DNA from: an uncultured Clostridium sp.
Lineage (GTDB): Bacteria; Bacillota; Clostridia; Lachnospirales; Lachnospiraceae
NCBI GenBank assembly: GCA_934438135.1
Contig: CAKSBP010000017.1
Location: 1,647 to 65,646, forward strand
Direction of reading: 5' to 3'
Length of the DNA: 64,000 nucleotides
Below, piece after piece: positions 20,697 to 30,198 of the stretch. Every line of letters begins with the position of its first letter. Position 1 is the stretch's first letter. The translations under genes were made by a program, and so were the position numbers. The notes below the pieces were generated by a model. It was not told the DNA's origin, ran no database searches, and saw nothing but the letters and a program-made list of their open reading frames with translations.

Positions 20697-21686
20697 ATGA
20701 AGATTTTAGTATTAGGTGGAGCCGGATATATTGGTTCCCATACGGTCTATGAACTCATTGATAATGGTTATGATGTTGTAATTGCGGATAACCTGGAAAC
20801 TGGTCATATTGAGGCTGTTCATCCAAAGGCAAAATTTTATCAGGGTGATATCCGTGACCGTGCATTTGTGGATAAAGTATTTCAGAGTGAAAAAATTGAT
20901 GCAGTTATTCATTTTGCAGCAAACTCTTTAGTAGGGGAGAGCATGGTAAATCCATTAAAATACTATGATAATAATTTATGTGGAACTAAAGTACTGTTAG
21001 AGTCTATGGTTGCAAACGGAGTAGATAAGATTGTATTTTCTTCTACCGCAGCAACATATGGCGAGCCGGAAAACATTCCAATTCTAGAAACAGACCGTAC
21101 AGAACCTACTAATACGTATGGAGAAACAAAGCTTTCTATGGAAAAAATGTTTAAATGGGTAAGCAAAGCACATGATTTACGTTTTGTATCTCTTCGTTAT
21201 TTCAATGCCTGTGGTGCACATGAGAGCGGTAATATTGGAGAAGCTCATAATCCAGAAAGCCATCTGATTCCACTTGTATTACAGGTGCCAAATGGACAGA
21301 GAGATCACATCAGTATTTTCGGTGATGATTATGATACAAAAGACGGCACATGTGTCAGAGATTACATTCACGTAACAGACCTGGCAAATGCACATATTCT
21401 TGCGGTAGAATACCTGATGAAGGGAAATGAAAGTAATATTTTCAACCTTGGAAATGGTGTTGGATTTACCGTAAAAGAAGTAATTGATATGGCAGGCGAA
21501 GTAGTTGGAAATCCAATCAAAGCAGAAGTAGAGGCGAGAAGAGCTGGCGATCCTGCAAAACTGATTGCTTCCAGTGAAAAAGCAAGAACTATATTAGGAT
21601 GGCAGCCTAAGTATGCAGATTTAAAACAGATCATTGCATCTGCATGGAAATGGCACAGCACACATCCAAATGGTTTTGAAAAATAA
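20697..21686 (+). CDS. galE: UDP-glucose 4-epimerase
   Basis: GGAGYIGSH Rossmann motif and the YGETK catalytic YxxxK. The start could be 20688 or 20697. Confidence 0.9.
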   Translation: MKILVLGGAGYIGSHTVYELIDNGYDVVIADNLETGHIEAVHPKAKFYQGDIRDRAFVDKVFQSEKIDAVIHFAANSLVGESMVNPLKYYDNNLCGTKVLLESMVANGVDKIVFSSTAATYGEPENIPILETDRTEPTNTYGETKLSMEKMFKWVSKAHDLRFVSLRYFNACGAHESGNIGEAHNPESHLIPLVLQVPNGQRDHISIFGDDYDTKDGTCVRDYIHVTDLANAHILAVEYLMKGNESNIFNLGNGVGFTVKEVIDMAGEVVGNPIKAEVEARRAGDPAKLIASSEKARTILGWQPKYADLKQIIASAWKWHSTHPNGFEK

Positions 21687-21720
21687 TCTCTTGGAAAGCC
21701 AGCGTAAGCAGACGGGTGAA

Positions 21721-21764
21721 ATAAAAAGCAGAAAGGCCTAAGGTTAATGGTCTTTCTGCTTTCC
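21721..21764. terminator. Shared hairpin terminator between galE and the convergent SDR gene
   Basis: 12-bp stem, agcagaaaggcc (21727-21738) with ggtctttctgct (21749-21760). An A run lies on one side and TT on the other. The SDR stop codon lies in the loop. Confidence 0.65.
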
Positions 21765-22505
21765 TGATTGAAGAAAGTACTGGATAGGATTCATAACTGC
21801 TTTTGGAGTTACTTTGGATAATGCAAAGCTAAGTTTCATAGAAGTAGTTGGAATAACCAGTGCTTTCTTTTTGTATGTTCCTGCTAATCCATGTCTGGCA
21901 CATTCCTTAGGAGAAATCATAAATTCCTTCAAAGGCTGTTCTCCGTTTCGGTAAAACTCCGTATCCACCAGTCCAGGACAGAGACAGGTAATATGCACAT
22001 CCTTTTTTTGGCGTTTTAGTTCATAATTAACGGCTGTGCTCAAAGAATAAACATAAGATTTAGTTGCTCCGTAAGCAGCAAAAAATGGTGTAGCATGAAA
22101 GGCAGCCATACTGGATACGTTGATAATGGAACCGTGTTTCATATGTTCTGCAAAAAGTTTTGTGAAAATATGAACAGCGGTAATATTCGTATCAATCATA
22201 TCAAGTTCGTCGGATAGGCCTGTATCCGTAAAAAAGCCTGTAACACCAGAACCGGCATTGTTAATAACCATAGTGACTGGAAGAGATTTGATTTCTTCAA
22301 AAAGAGAAAAACAGTCCTGTCGATTGGTTAAATCCATTGCTTTTATGATGACATGAATGCCGTATTTTTCTTCCAGTTTCTTCTTCAGAAAAATAAGCCG
22401 TTCTTCACGACGGCCGATTAGAATCAGGTTATATCTGGACTTGGCAAGCCAAATGGAAAAAGCCTTTCCAATTCCGCTGGAAGCACCAGTAATAAATGCA
22501 TACAT
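21744..22505 (-). CDS. SDR-family oxidoreductase
   Basis: ITGASSGIGKAF, NNAG and YGATKSYV. Start at the ATG at 22505, 7 nt after aaaggaga; the ORF-track start at 22550 has no RBS. Confidence 0.8.
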   Translation of the reverse strand: MYAFITGASSGIGKAFSIWLAKSRYNLILIGRREERLIFLKKKLEEKYGIHVIIKAMDLTNRQDCFSLFEEIKSLPVTMVINNAGSGVTGFFTDTGLSDELDMIDTNITAVHIFTKLFAEHMKHGSIINVSSMAAFHATPFFAAYGATKSYVYSLSTAVNYELKRQKKDVHITCLCPGLVDTEFYRNGEQPLKEFMISPKECARHGLAGTYKKKALVIPTTSMKLSFALSKVTPKAVMNPIQYFLQSGKQKDH

Positions 22506-22594
22506 AAGTAGTTCTCCTTTCGGGAAAGTTTCAACCATGACATTTATCATCTACCAGAATATAGGATATGATAAAAATTTAGGATGTGGCTGGC

Positions 22595-22633
22595 AGATTA
22601 TTCATCAAAAAAACTGCCAGAAATCTGTTCTGG
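22595..22633 (-). terminator. Terminator of the cheX-like/cheY operon
   Basis: aaaactgccag pairs with ctggcagtttt (11 bp), with A/T runs on both sides, about 25 nt downstream of the cheY stop. Confidence 0.8.
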
Positions 22634-22654
22634 CAGTTTTGCTGGTTTTTAAGC

Positions 22655-23017
22655 CTATGTAGTGGCAACATGTCGAATAACTTCTGTAATGTGACCCGGC
22701 TCAAATGGTTTCGCTACAAAATCGGCGGCTCCATATTTAATTGCTTCTACCATTTTGCTCTTTTGGCCAACAGCAGTAACCATAACTACTTTGGCATCTG
22801 GATTTAACTCCATAATTTTTTGCAATGCTTCGATTCCATCCATCACTGGCATTGTGATATCTAATGTTACAACATCAGGTTTATGTTCTGCATACATATT
22901 TACGCCTTCTTCGCCATTTACGGCTTCCCCCACAATGGTATGTCCATCGGACTCCAGAATGTTTTTTAGAACTTTTCTGGAAGTGATGGAATCGTCTACG
23001 ATAAGTATTGTTGACAT
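22655..23017 (-). CDS. cheY: Single-domain CheY-like response regulator
   Basis: 120-aa receiver only: ILIVDDS, phospho-Asp context VVTLDITMPVMDG, VVMVTA and the conserved K in AKPF. Confidence 0.85.
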   Translation of the reverse strand: MSTILIVDDSITSRKVLKNILESDGHTIVGEAVNGEEGVNMYAEHKPDVVTLDITMPVMDGIEALQKIMELNPDAKVVMVTAVGQKSKMVEAIKYGAADFVAKPFEPGHITEVIRHVATT

Positions 23018-23946
23018 TCTAAAATACCTCCCGCTTCCTGTTTTGGTCTTTCATATTCAGAAAATATAAGACTTGGACTCTCTGTGAGTACCAGATCTAC
23101 TGTTTTCCCGTCTATAGACACAGGAAGAATATATACTAATGCACCGTCTGAATCCAGTGTTCCTTTCGGATAGCAGACTGGTGGAAGTAAGTCTTCTTCA
23201 ATCGAAGAATCATATAGCTTGCGAATAAACAGCCCGTTTACACAATTAATAAACTCACAAACCGCGTCCAAAGCATCCGCATCCAGTGACGGAAATTCCA
23301 TGCCTGCAAAGGACTCTGCAATTTCTAAGAGATCATTCTGATTTCCAGAAATGCCAACGAATATTTCGTATTCTCCTATCAGACGCTGGCTGGCTAGATT
23401 ATCGAAAGAGTAGGAATATGTGCTGTGGGAATGACAAAAATAAATTTCCGTACTGATAAAACGAATGATATTTCGCAGCAATAATGAAAAATGTTCTAGG
23501 AAAAGAGGCTTGTCTATCTGAATAAACCGCTTTGCAATCATGTTGATGTCACCATTTTTCAAAGCATTCAGGTCGTGGGATGTTAAGTTTAAATCCTTCC
23601 GATACTGAAAAAGCAAGTGATGTATCTGGCCCAAGTCTAAGATTCCTGTCTGCACAGCTGCATGTACAAAAGCGATGTAGGGGCTTCCCTGCTGTTCTAA
23701 CAGATAGTCTACCTGGTTTTTGGTCAGATATCCCTTTTCAATTGCGATATCTCCAAATCGTTTATCCTGCGAGGCTTGTATCTGATTTATCTCGCTTGCT
23801 TTTTCTTCTGTAAGCAGGTTGTTGGCAACGGCAATTAGACCTAACTTTACCCTTTGAGTAGTCTGACAATGTAGTATCTCATGGAGCTGCTGTTTCGTAA
23901 TAATACCTTTACTGATTAAGTAACTTCCAAAGAAATGACTAAACAT
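22996..23946 (-). CDS. CheX-like phosphatase domain fused to an N-terminal MshEN-like tandem-repeat domain
   Basis: The C-terminal half has CheX/CheC-like features (...FVGISGNQNDLLEIAESFAGME...DALDAVCEFINCVNG...). The N-terminal 115 aa form four 24-residue repeats separated by 5-residue spacers that match RLGxxLLxxGLLxxxxLxxxLxxQ. Start at the ATG at 23946, 7 nt after aaaggaga. The gene overlaps cheY by 22 nt. Confidence 0.55.
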   Translation of the reverse strand: MFSHFFGSYLISKGIITKQQLHEILHCQTTQRVKLGLIAVANNLLTEEKASEINQIQASQDKRFGDIAIEKGYLTKNQVDYLLEQQGSPYIAFVHAAVQTGILDLGQIHHLLFQYRKDLNLTSHDLNALKNGDINMIAKRFIQIDKPLFLEHFSLLLRNIIRFISTEIYFCHSHSTYSYSFDNLASQRLIGEYEIFVGISGNQNDLLEIAESFAGMEFPSLDADALDAVCEFINCVNGLFIRKLYDSSIEEDLLPPVCYPKGTLDSDGALVYILPVSIDGKTVDLVLTESPSLIFSEYERPKQEAGGILECQQYLS

Positions 23947-24099
23947 AATCAAGTCTCCTTTCAACATACCATACTAATAATATACAACATTTTCGAGGAA
24001 AAAAATAGTGTTTTTTCAAAAAAACTAATAAGTCATGACTTTTATATGATTTTGTGTTATCATAGTTTGAGATGAAACGAAATGAAAGGGCTTATAGTT

Positions 24100-25869
24100 A
24101 TGAAAAAATTGATTGATTTATTATGTACAGAGATAAGCGCAGCTTTTGAAGATGCCGGCTATGACAAAGAATTTGGAATGGTAACTTTATCAAACCGTCC
24201 GGATTTATGCCAGTATCAGTGTAATGGTGCCCTTGCAGCTGCAAAAAAATATAAAAAGGCACCAATCATGATTGCAAATGATGTTGTTGCAATACTGGAA
24301 AAGAGCGATACTTTTTCAGAAGCCAAAGCAATTATGCCAGGTTTTATTAACCTAAAGCTGAATGATACATTTTTAGTATCTTATTTAAATGAAATGAATC
24401 AGGATGAACGCTTTGGATGCGATAAAGTAGAGAATCCAAAGAAGATTATGATTGATTACGGCGGCCCTAATATTGCCAAACCACTGCATGTCGGACATCT
24501 TCGTTCTGCCATTATCGGTGAGAGCATCAAACGTATTGGTAAATATGTTGGAAATGAAATGATTGGTGATGTACATTTAGGAGACTGGGGTCTTCAGATG
24601 GGGCTGATTATTACCGAATTGAAGAAACGTCAGCCGGAATTGGTATATTTTGATGATTCTTTCGAGGGAGAATATCCAAAGGAAGCACCATTTACCATTT
24701 CTGAATTGGAAGAAATCTATCCATATGCCAATGCGTATTCCAAAGAACATCCAGAATATCGTGAAGAAGCTATGAATGCAACAAAACTTCTTCAGAGTGG
24801 AAAACGTGGATATACTGCATTATGGAATCATATTTTAAATATTTCTATCAGCGATTTGAAACGAAACTATGAAAACTTAAATGTTTCTTTCGAACTCTGG
24901 AAGAAAGAAAGTGATGCACAGCCATACATTCCAGATATGGTAACGTATTTAAAAGAAAATGGTTATGCAAAAATCAGTGAAGGTGCTCTTGTTGTAGACG
25001 TCAAAGAAGAAACAGATACTAAAGAAATCCCTCCTTGCATGATTTTGAAATCAGATGGCTCCAGCCTTTATAATACAACAGACCTTGCAACAATGGTAGA
25101 ACGTAGAAAACTGTTTGATCCAGATGCTATTATTTATGTGGTAGATAAGAGACAGGAACTTTACTTTACGCAGGTATTCCGTTGTGCGAAAAAGACTAAG
25201 ATTTTAGATGACAAGACAGAACTTACGTTCTTAGGATTTGGTACTATGAATGGAAAAGATGGAAAGCCATTTAAGACAAGAGACGGAGGTGTTATGCGTC
25301 TGGAAAGTCTGATTAAGGAAATTGATGAAGCAGTTTATGAAAAAGTTATGAGCAACCGTGAAATCTCCGAGGAAGAAGCAAGAAGCATTGCGAAGACAGT
25401 TGGACTTGCTGCTATTAAATACGGTGATTTATCCAATCAGGCTTCCAAAGATTATGTCTTTGATTTAGACAGATTTACTTCTTTCGAAGGAAACACAGGA
25501 CCATATATTCTGTATACTATTGTTCGAATTAAATCTATCTTGAGCAAATATGAAGCAGAAATCGGACAGGTTCCAACAGGATGCCAGATGAAAGAAGCAG
25601 CAAGTGACAGTGAACGTGCATTGATGTTAGAACTTGTAAAGTATAATGAATTGATTTATCAGGCATATGAAGATAAAGCACCACATAAAATCTGTCAGTA
25701 TATTTACGAGCTCTCTAATGCATTCAGCCGTTTTTATCATGATACTAAAATTATTTCCGAAACAGACAAGGAAAAGAGAGAATCCTGGATTACTCTGATT
25801 TCCCTGACAAAGAATATTTTAAGCCAGTGCATTGACCTGTTAGGTTTAGAAGCACCGGAAAGAATGTAA
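24100..25869 (+). CDS. argS: Arginine--tRNA ligase
   Basis: Class I HIGH motif (AKPLHVGHLRS), a KMSK-like region and the C-terminal DALR anticodon-binding helices. Confidence 0.9.
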   Translation: MKKLIDLLCTEISAAFEDAGYDKEFGMVTLSNRPDLCQYQCNGALAAAKKYKKAPIMIANDVVAILEKSDTFSEAKAIMPGFINLKLNDTFLVSYLNEMNQDERFGCDKVENPKKIMIDYGGPNIAKPLHVGHLRSAIIGESIKRIGKYVGNEMIGDVHLGDWGLQMGLIITELKKRQPELVYFDDSFEGEYPKEAPFTISELEEIYPYANAYSKEHPEYREEAMNATKLLQSGKRGYTALWNHILNISISDLKRNYENLNVSFELWKKESDAQPYIPDMVTYLKENGYAKISEGALVVDVKEETDTKEIPPCMILKSDGSSLYNTTDLATMVERRKLFDPDAIIYVVDKRQELYFTQVFRCAKKTKILDDKTELTFLGFGTMNGKDGKPFKTRDGGVMRLESLIKEIDEAVYEKVMSNREISEEEARSIAKTVGLAAIKYGDLSNQASKDYVFDLDRFTSFEGNTGPYILYTIVRIKSILSKYEAEIGQVPTGCQMKEAASDSERALMLELVKYNELIYQAYEDKAPHKICQYIYELSNAFSRFYHDTKIISETDKEKRESWITLISLTKNILSQCIDLLGLEAPERM

Positions 25870-25878
25870 GAGCTGCTT

Positions 25879-25916
25879 AAAAGAACAGTTAGTCCTTTGG
25901 GCGGCTGTTCTTTTGG
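25879..25916 (+). terminator. argS terminator
   Basis: aaaagaacag pairs with ctgttctttt and is followed by T residues. Confidence 0.7.
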
Positions 25917-25997
25917 CATATGCAGCCAGAAAAAGCTGGATGCCTTACATAAAAAACAGCGAGAATCAAAAATGAAAGAATGAATCGAGGAATTATT

Positions 25998-27308
25998 ATG
26001 TATAAGGAAGTTAATCAGTTAATTATTTATCGTAATTTTGACAAGGAGAATATTCTTCATGAACTTGCCATCGTATGTAAAAACTTTGAGGAAGGAAATT
26101 TTCATAAAAAAGAGCTGGTTTCCAAGATTTATGAGCAGATGAACCGTTTGTTAGACGTTGCAACCCGTTATGGATTTGACTCTAATTTATGGCATAATTA
26201 TATCGCTTATTTGTTAGCAACCGATGAAAATCCGTTTAGTATTGTGTGTGAAAAATTCGGCAGAAGAGAAGGTTCTGTTAATAAATTTGCAATCAGTGAT
26301 TTTACGAATATTTATAAACTGTTTCATTATGACTTCACGGAACTGGAAGAAGCACTTGGCATCCACTGCTTTGATACGGTAGAAAGCTATGTTTCTATAG
26401 AAAAGAAGGAAAGAAGCTACAATAAAAGTGTCAGCGATAAAGTACGTGCACTAAGCAAAGAACTGGAAGGTGCATCTGGTGCGGAGGATATTTTAAATAT
26501 TGTGACGAATTTCTACCGTCTTTATGGCGTTGGTAAATTTGGACTGAATAAAGCATTCCGTATTAAGAAGAAAAATGAAGAAGTCATTCTTTCTCCTATT
26601 TTAAATACAGATAATGTGAAATTAGATGATTTAATTGGATATGAAATCCAGAAGCAGAAACTTTGTGATAATACAAAGGCATTTGTAGAAGGAAAGAAAG
26701 CAAATAACGTGCTGATGTTTGGTGACAGTGGTACTGGTAAATCAACTTCTATCAAAGCTATTCTGAATGAATACTATGATCAGGGACTTCGTATGATTGA
26801 AATCTATAAACATCAGTTCCAGGATTTATCGAATGTCATTGAGCAGATTAAGGATAGGAATTATCGTTTTATCATTTATATGGATGATTTATCATTCGAG
26901 GAATTCGAGATTGAATATAAATACCTCAAAGCAATTATTGAGGGTGGCTTGGAAACAAAGCCGGATAATGTACTGATTTATGCAACTTCCAACAGAAGAC
27001 ATCTGATTCGTGAAACATGGGGTGATCGTAACGACGGTACCAGCAATGAGGAATTGCATCGTTCAGAGACAATGCAGGAAAAACTATCTCTGGTAAATCG
27101 TTTTGGTGTAACTATTAGTTTTTCCAAACCTTCCCAAAAAGAATTCTTTAATATTGTAGTGAATCTTGCAAAGAAGAATCCTCAGATTACTTTAACAGAA
27201 GAGGAACTTTGTAAGGAAGCAAATAAGTGGGAATTAAGCCATGGCGGAATGTCTGGACGTACCGCACAGCAGTTTATTAATTATCTCTGTGGTAAATGTC
27301 AGGCTTAG
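25998..27308 (+). CDS. DUF815-type AAA ATPase
   Basis: Walker [10 protein letters not shown] and Walker [10 protein letters not shown], with an overall resemblance to the DUF815 ATP-binding protein family. Confidence 0.6.
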   Translation: MYKEVNQLIIYRNFDKENILHELAIVCKNFEEGNFHKKELVSKIYEQMNRLLDVATRYGFDSNLWHNYIAYLLATDENPFSIVCEKFGRREGSVNKFAISDFTNIYKLFHYDFTELEEALGIHCFDTVESYVSIEKKERSYNKSVSDKVRALSKELEGASGAEDILNIVTNFYRLYGVGKFGLNKAFRIKKKNEEVILSPILNTDNVKLDDLIGYEIQKQKLCDNTKAFVEGKKANNVLMFGDSGTGKSTSIKAILNEYYDQGLRMIEIYKHQFQDLSNVIEQIKDRNYRFIIYMDDLSFEEFEIEYKYLKAIIEGGLETKPDNVLIYATSNRRHLIRETWGDRNDGTSNEELHRSETMQEKLSLVNRFGVTISFSKPSQKEFFNIVVNLAKKNPQITLTEEELCKEANKWELSHGGMSGRTAQQFINYLCGKCQA

Positions 27309-27373
27309 GAAAATGCACCTCTTCCCCATCTCTGAGTATAATATAGATAGAAAGACTGGAATGGGGAGAAAAA

Positions 27374-27997
27374 ATGGAACAGGTAAATAATCTAAATAGT
27401 GGTTCCTATGTCAGAGTGCTTCATGCCATAGCAGAAGCACCTGCAGTTGATGTATATGTAGATGGAATGCTGGCTGCAAGAAATCTGGAATTTTCGTATT
27501 TTACGAATTATGTGATTCTTCCGGCAGGAGAACATATCATTGATGTTTATGAAGCAGGGACAGAGCAGCTGCCATTATTATCTGGGCAGTGGAATCTGCC
27601 ACCAGAAGAATATTTTACGGTGATTGCATTTGGAGATTTGGAAGATATGAAGATGGGTTTGATTGAGGATTCTGATGGAGACGTTGATCGGGATGAGGCT
27701 GAAGTCCGATTTGTCCATGTATTTCCTGATGGACCAACCGTATCCGTATTGGCGGATAAGAAAACCTGGTTTGAAGGGCTGGAATATGCTAATCTGACGA
27801 AATATAAAGAAGTATATCCTGGAATTTATGAGGTATATGTACAGGAAATGTCAAATGGAGCACCGATTTTGAATTTTCAGATGCAGACAATGGGAGGTTA
27901 TCCGTATTCCGTTTATATCGTTGGAGAAAAACCGAAAAATAATGGAATTCTCCCATTAGTAGACGGGAAAAACGCAAATTCGTTTTATCGATTTTAA
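27374..27997 (+). CDS. DUF4397 domain protein
   Basis: VRVLHAIAEAPAVDVYVDG and a repeat of the same module (VRFVHVFPDGPTVSV). Confidence 0.6.
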   Translation: MEQVNNLNSGSYVRVLHAIAEAPAVDVYVDGMLAARNLEFSYFTNYVILPAGEHIIDVYEAGTEQLPLLSGQWNLPPEEYFTVIAFGDLEDMKMGLIEDSDGDVDRDEAEVRFVHVFPDGPTVSVLADKKTWFEGLEYANLTKYKEVYPGIYEVYVQEMSNGAPILNFQMQTMGGYPYSVYIVGEKPKNNGILPLVDGKNANSFYRF

Positions 27998-28004
27998 ATT
28001 AATA

Positions 28005-28044
28005 TATTAAAAAGAAAAGCCTTGGCAGCCTTTTAGGATGCCAG
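28005..28044. terminator. Bidirectional terminator (DUF4397 gene / ppk1)
   Basis: aaagccttggca pairs with tgccagggcttt (12 bp, one G-U), flanked by A and T runs. Confidence 0.75.
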
Positions 28045-28071
28045 GGCTTTTGCTTATAAGATAGGAAAATT

Positions 28072-30198
28072 TTATTTTTTTAATGGTTCAAATGTTGTAA
28101 TTGTTTTCTGCTTCTCTTTTTTTCGTTCTTTCGTTTCTTTTAATGCTATTTGACAGAAATAATCCTGAGAGCATAATTTCTTTCGGCCACGGCGGTCTGC
28201 TTTTTTATAGGTGCCGTCGGGTTGTAAAATATGAGCCTTCAGGTTATCTTCTAATTGGATATTTAAGATCGAGCGTATTTTTTCTTTCAAATTTGAATCT
28301 TCTACTGGGAACAAGATTTCCACTCGTTTATCCAGGTTTCGTGGCATCCAGTCTGCACTTCCCATGAAAATTTCTGGATAGCCGTCATTTTCAAAATAGA
28401 AGATGCGGGCATGTTCCAGAAAGTTTCCAACAATAGAACGGACAGAAATCGTTTCACTGATGCCAGGAATACCTGTTTTCAGGCAGCATATGCCCCGGAC
28501 GATCAAATCTATTTTTACACCTACCGAAGAAGCCTTATACAGTGCTTCAATGATTTTTGGATCACACAAAGAATTCATTTTAGCGATAATATGTGCTTTT
28601 TTTCCAGCAGCAGCAAATTCTGTTTCCCGTTGAATTAGGGATAAGAATTTATCCCTAAGCCAAAGAGGAGCCACCGCTAATTTGTTCCAGGATAATGGCT
28701 GGGAGTAGCCAGAAAGCATATTAAATACAGCAGTCGCATCTTCGCCGATAGGATTGGAACAGGTGAAGATACCCATATCGGTGTAGAGCTTTGCGGTGGA
28801 GTCATTATAGTTACCAGTTCCTAAATGGACATAGCGGCGGATGCCGTCATCTTCTCTGCGGACAACCAGAGTGATTTTACAGTGGGTTTTAAGCCCCACC
28901 AGACCATAAATAACATGGCATCCAGCCTGTTCCAGTTTTTTTGCCCAGATAATGTTGTTTTCCTCATCAAAACGAGCTTTCAATTCCACCAGAACCGTTA
29001 CCTGTTTACCGTTTTCTGCTGCCTGGGCAAGAGAAGCAATAATCGGAGAATTGCTGCTGACACGGTATAACGTCTGCTTGATAGCCAAAACATTCTTATC
29101 TACAGCGGCCTGTCGTACAAAATCTACCACGGAGTCGAAGGACCAGAAGGGATGGAAGAGCAGAATGTCTTTTTTTCGAATCTGGGTGAAAATATCTTCC
29201 TCTCCGGCAAGTTCTTTTACTGGCTGAGGAACATAGGACGGCGTCTTTAAATGGGAGTATCCTTTTTTGCCGTATAGTTTCATTAAAAAGGTTAAATCCA
29301 GGGGGCCATTTATTTTATAGACATCCATATCTTTAATGTGAAGTTCCTGCTTTAAGCGCTTTAACAGTCGTTTGTCAACACCGTCTTCTACTTCAAGCCG
29401 AATGGCTTCGCCCCATTGTCGTTTTTTCAACTGTTTTTCGATTTCTACCAGAAGATCTGCTGCTTCATCTTCATCAATGGAAAGATCTGCATTTCGCATA
29501 ATCCGGTAAGGAAAAGCGGAAACTACCTTATAGTTTAAGAAAAGTTTTTGAATATTTTTTTCAATAATCTGTTCCAAAAGAATATAAGAATGAATGTCAT
29601 CTTTCTGAGATGGAATTTCAATTAATCGTGGAAGTAGATTTGGTACCTGAACAGTAGCAAAATCGCAGTCTGTTTCTGAAGTTTTATCATGAATCAGGGC
29701 CGCAATATTTAATGTTTTGTTTCGGATTAGTGGAAATGGTCTGGAAGAATCTACGGCCATTGGAGTTAGGACAGGATATATCTCATTTTTAAAGTATTTG
29801 TCTACATAGTTCTGCTGTTCCTCATCCAAATTCTCAAACTGGTTTACCAGACGGATTTTATTTTGTTTCAGCTGAGGCAGAAAACTGCGGTTGTATGTAG
29901 AATACTGCAGTTCCACCAGATCGTGGGTTTTCAGACTGATTTTGTCCAGCTGTTCTTTTGGCGTCATCCCGGAAATATCTTTTTTTTCATAACCGGCATG
30001 TACCATATCTTTTAACGAAGCGACACGGATCATAAAAAATTCATCTAGGTTAGAAGCGGTAATACTTAAAAATTTCAGTCGTTCAAAAAGAGGGATGCTT
30101 TTGTCTCTGGCTTCATTTAATACACGTAAATTGAATTCCAGCCAGCTTAATTCCCGGTTTGTAAAATATTCATGTTTGTGGTATCCATTTTGTTCCAT
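28072..30198 (-). CDS. ppk1: Polyphosphate kinase 1
   Basis: 708 aa. N-terminus YFNRELSWLEFNLRVL, the autophosphorylated His region GLKTHCK and two PLD-like C-terminal domains. Confidence 0.9.
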   Translation of the reverse strand: MEQNGYHKHEYFTNRELSWLEFNLRVLNEARDKSIPLFERLKFLSITASNLDEFFMIRVASLKDMVHAGYEKKDISGMTPKEQLDKISLKTHDLVELQYSTYNRSFLPQLKQNKIRLVNQFENLDEEQQNYVDKYFKNEIYPVLTPMAVDSSRPFPLIRNKTLNIAALIHDKTSETDCDFATVQVPNLLPRLIEIPSQKDDIHSYILLEQIIEKNIQKLFLNYKVVSAFPYRIMRNADLSIDEDEAADLLVEIEKQLKKRQWGEAIRLEVEDGVDKRLLKRLKQELHIKDMDVYKINGPLDLTFLMKLYGKKGYSHLKTPSYVPQPVKELAGEEDIFTQIRKKDILLFHPFWSFDSVVDFVRQAAVDKNVLAIKQTLYRVSSNSPIIASLAQAAENGKQVTVLVELKARFDEENNIIWAKKLEQAGCHVIYGLVGLKTHCKITLVVRREDDGIRRYVHLGTGNYNDSTAKLYTDMGIFTCSNPIGEDATAVFNMLSGYSQPLSWNKLAVAPLWLRDKFLSLIQRETEFAAAGKKAHIIAKMNSLCDPKIIEALYKASSVGVKIDLIVRGICCLKTGIPGISETISVRSIVGNFLEHARIFYFENDGYPEIFMGSADWMPRNLDKRVEILFPVEDSNLKEKIRSILNIQLEDNLKAHILQPDGTYKKADRRGRKKLCSQDYFCQIALKETKERKKEKQKTITTFEPLKK

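Noticed and set aside
23968-24099. Possible T-box leader upstream of argS
   Set aside because: Only about 130 nt are available, with no specifier-loop or T-box core sequence and no terminator/antiterminator pair. That is too short for a T-box riboswitch.
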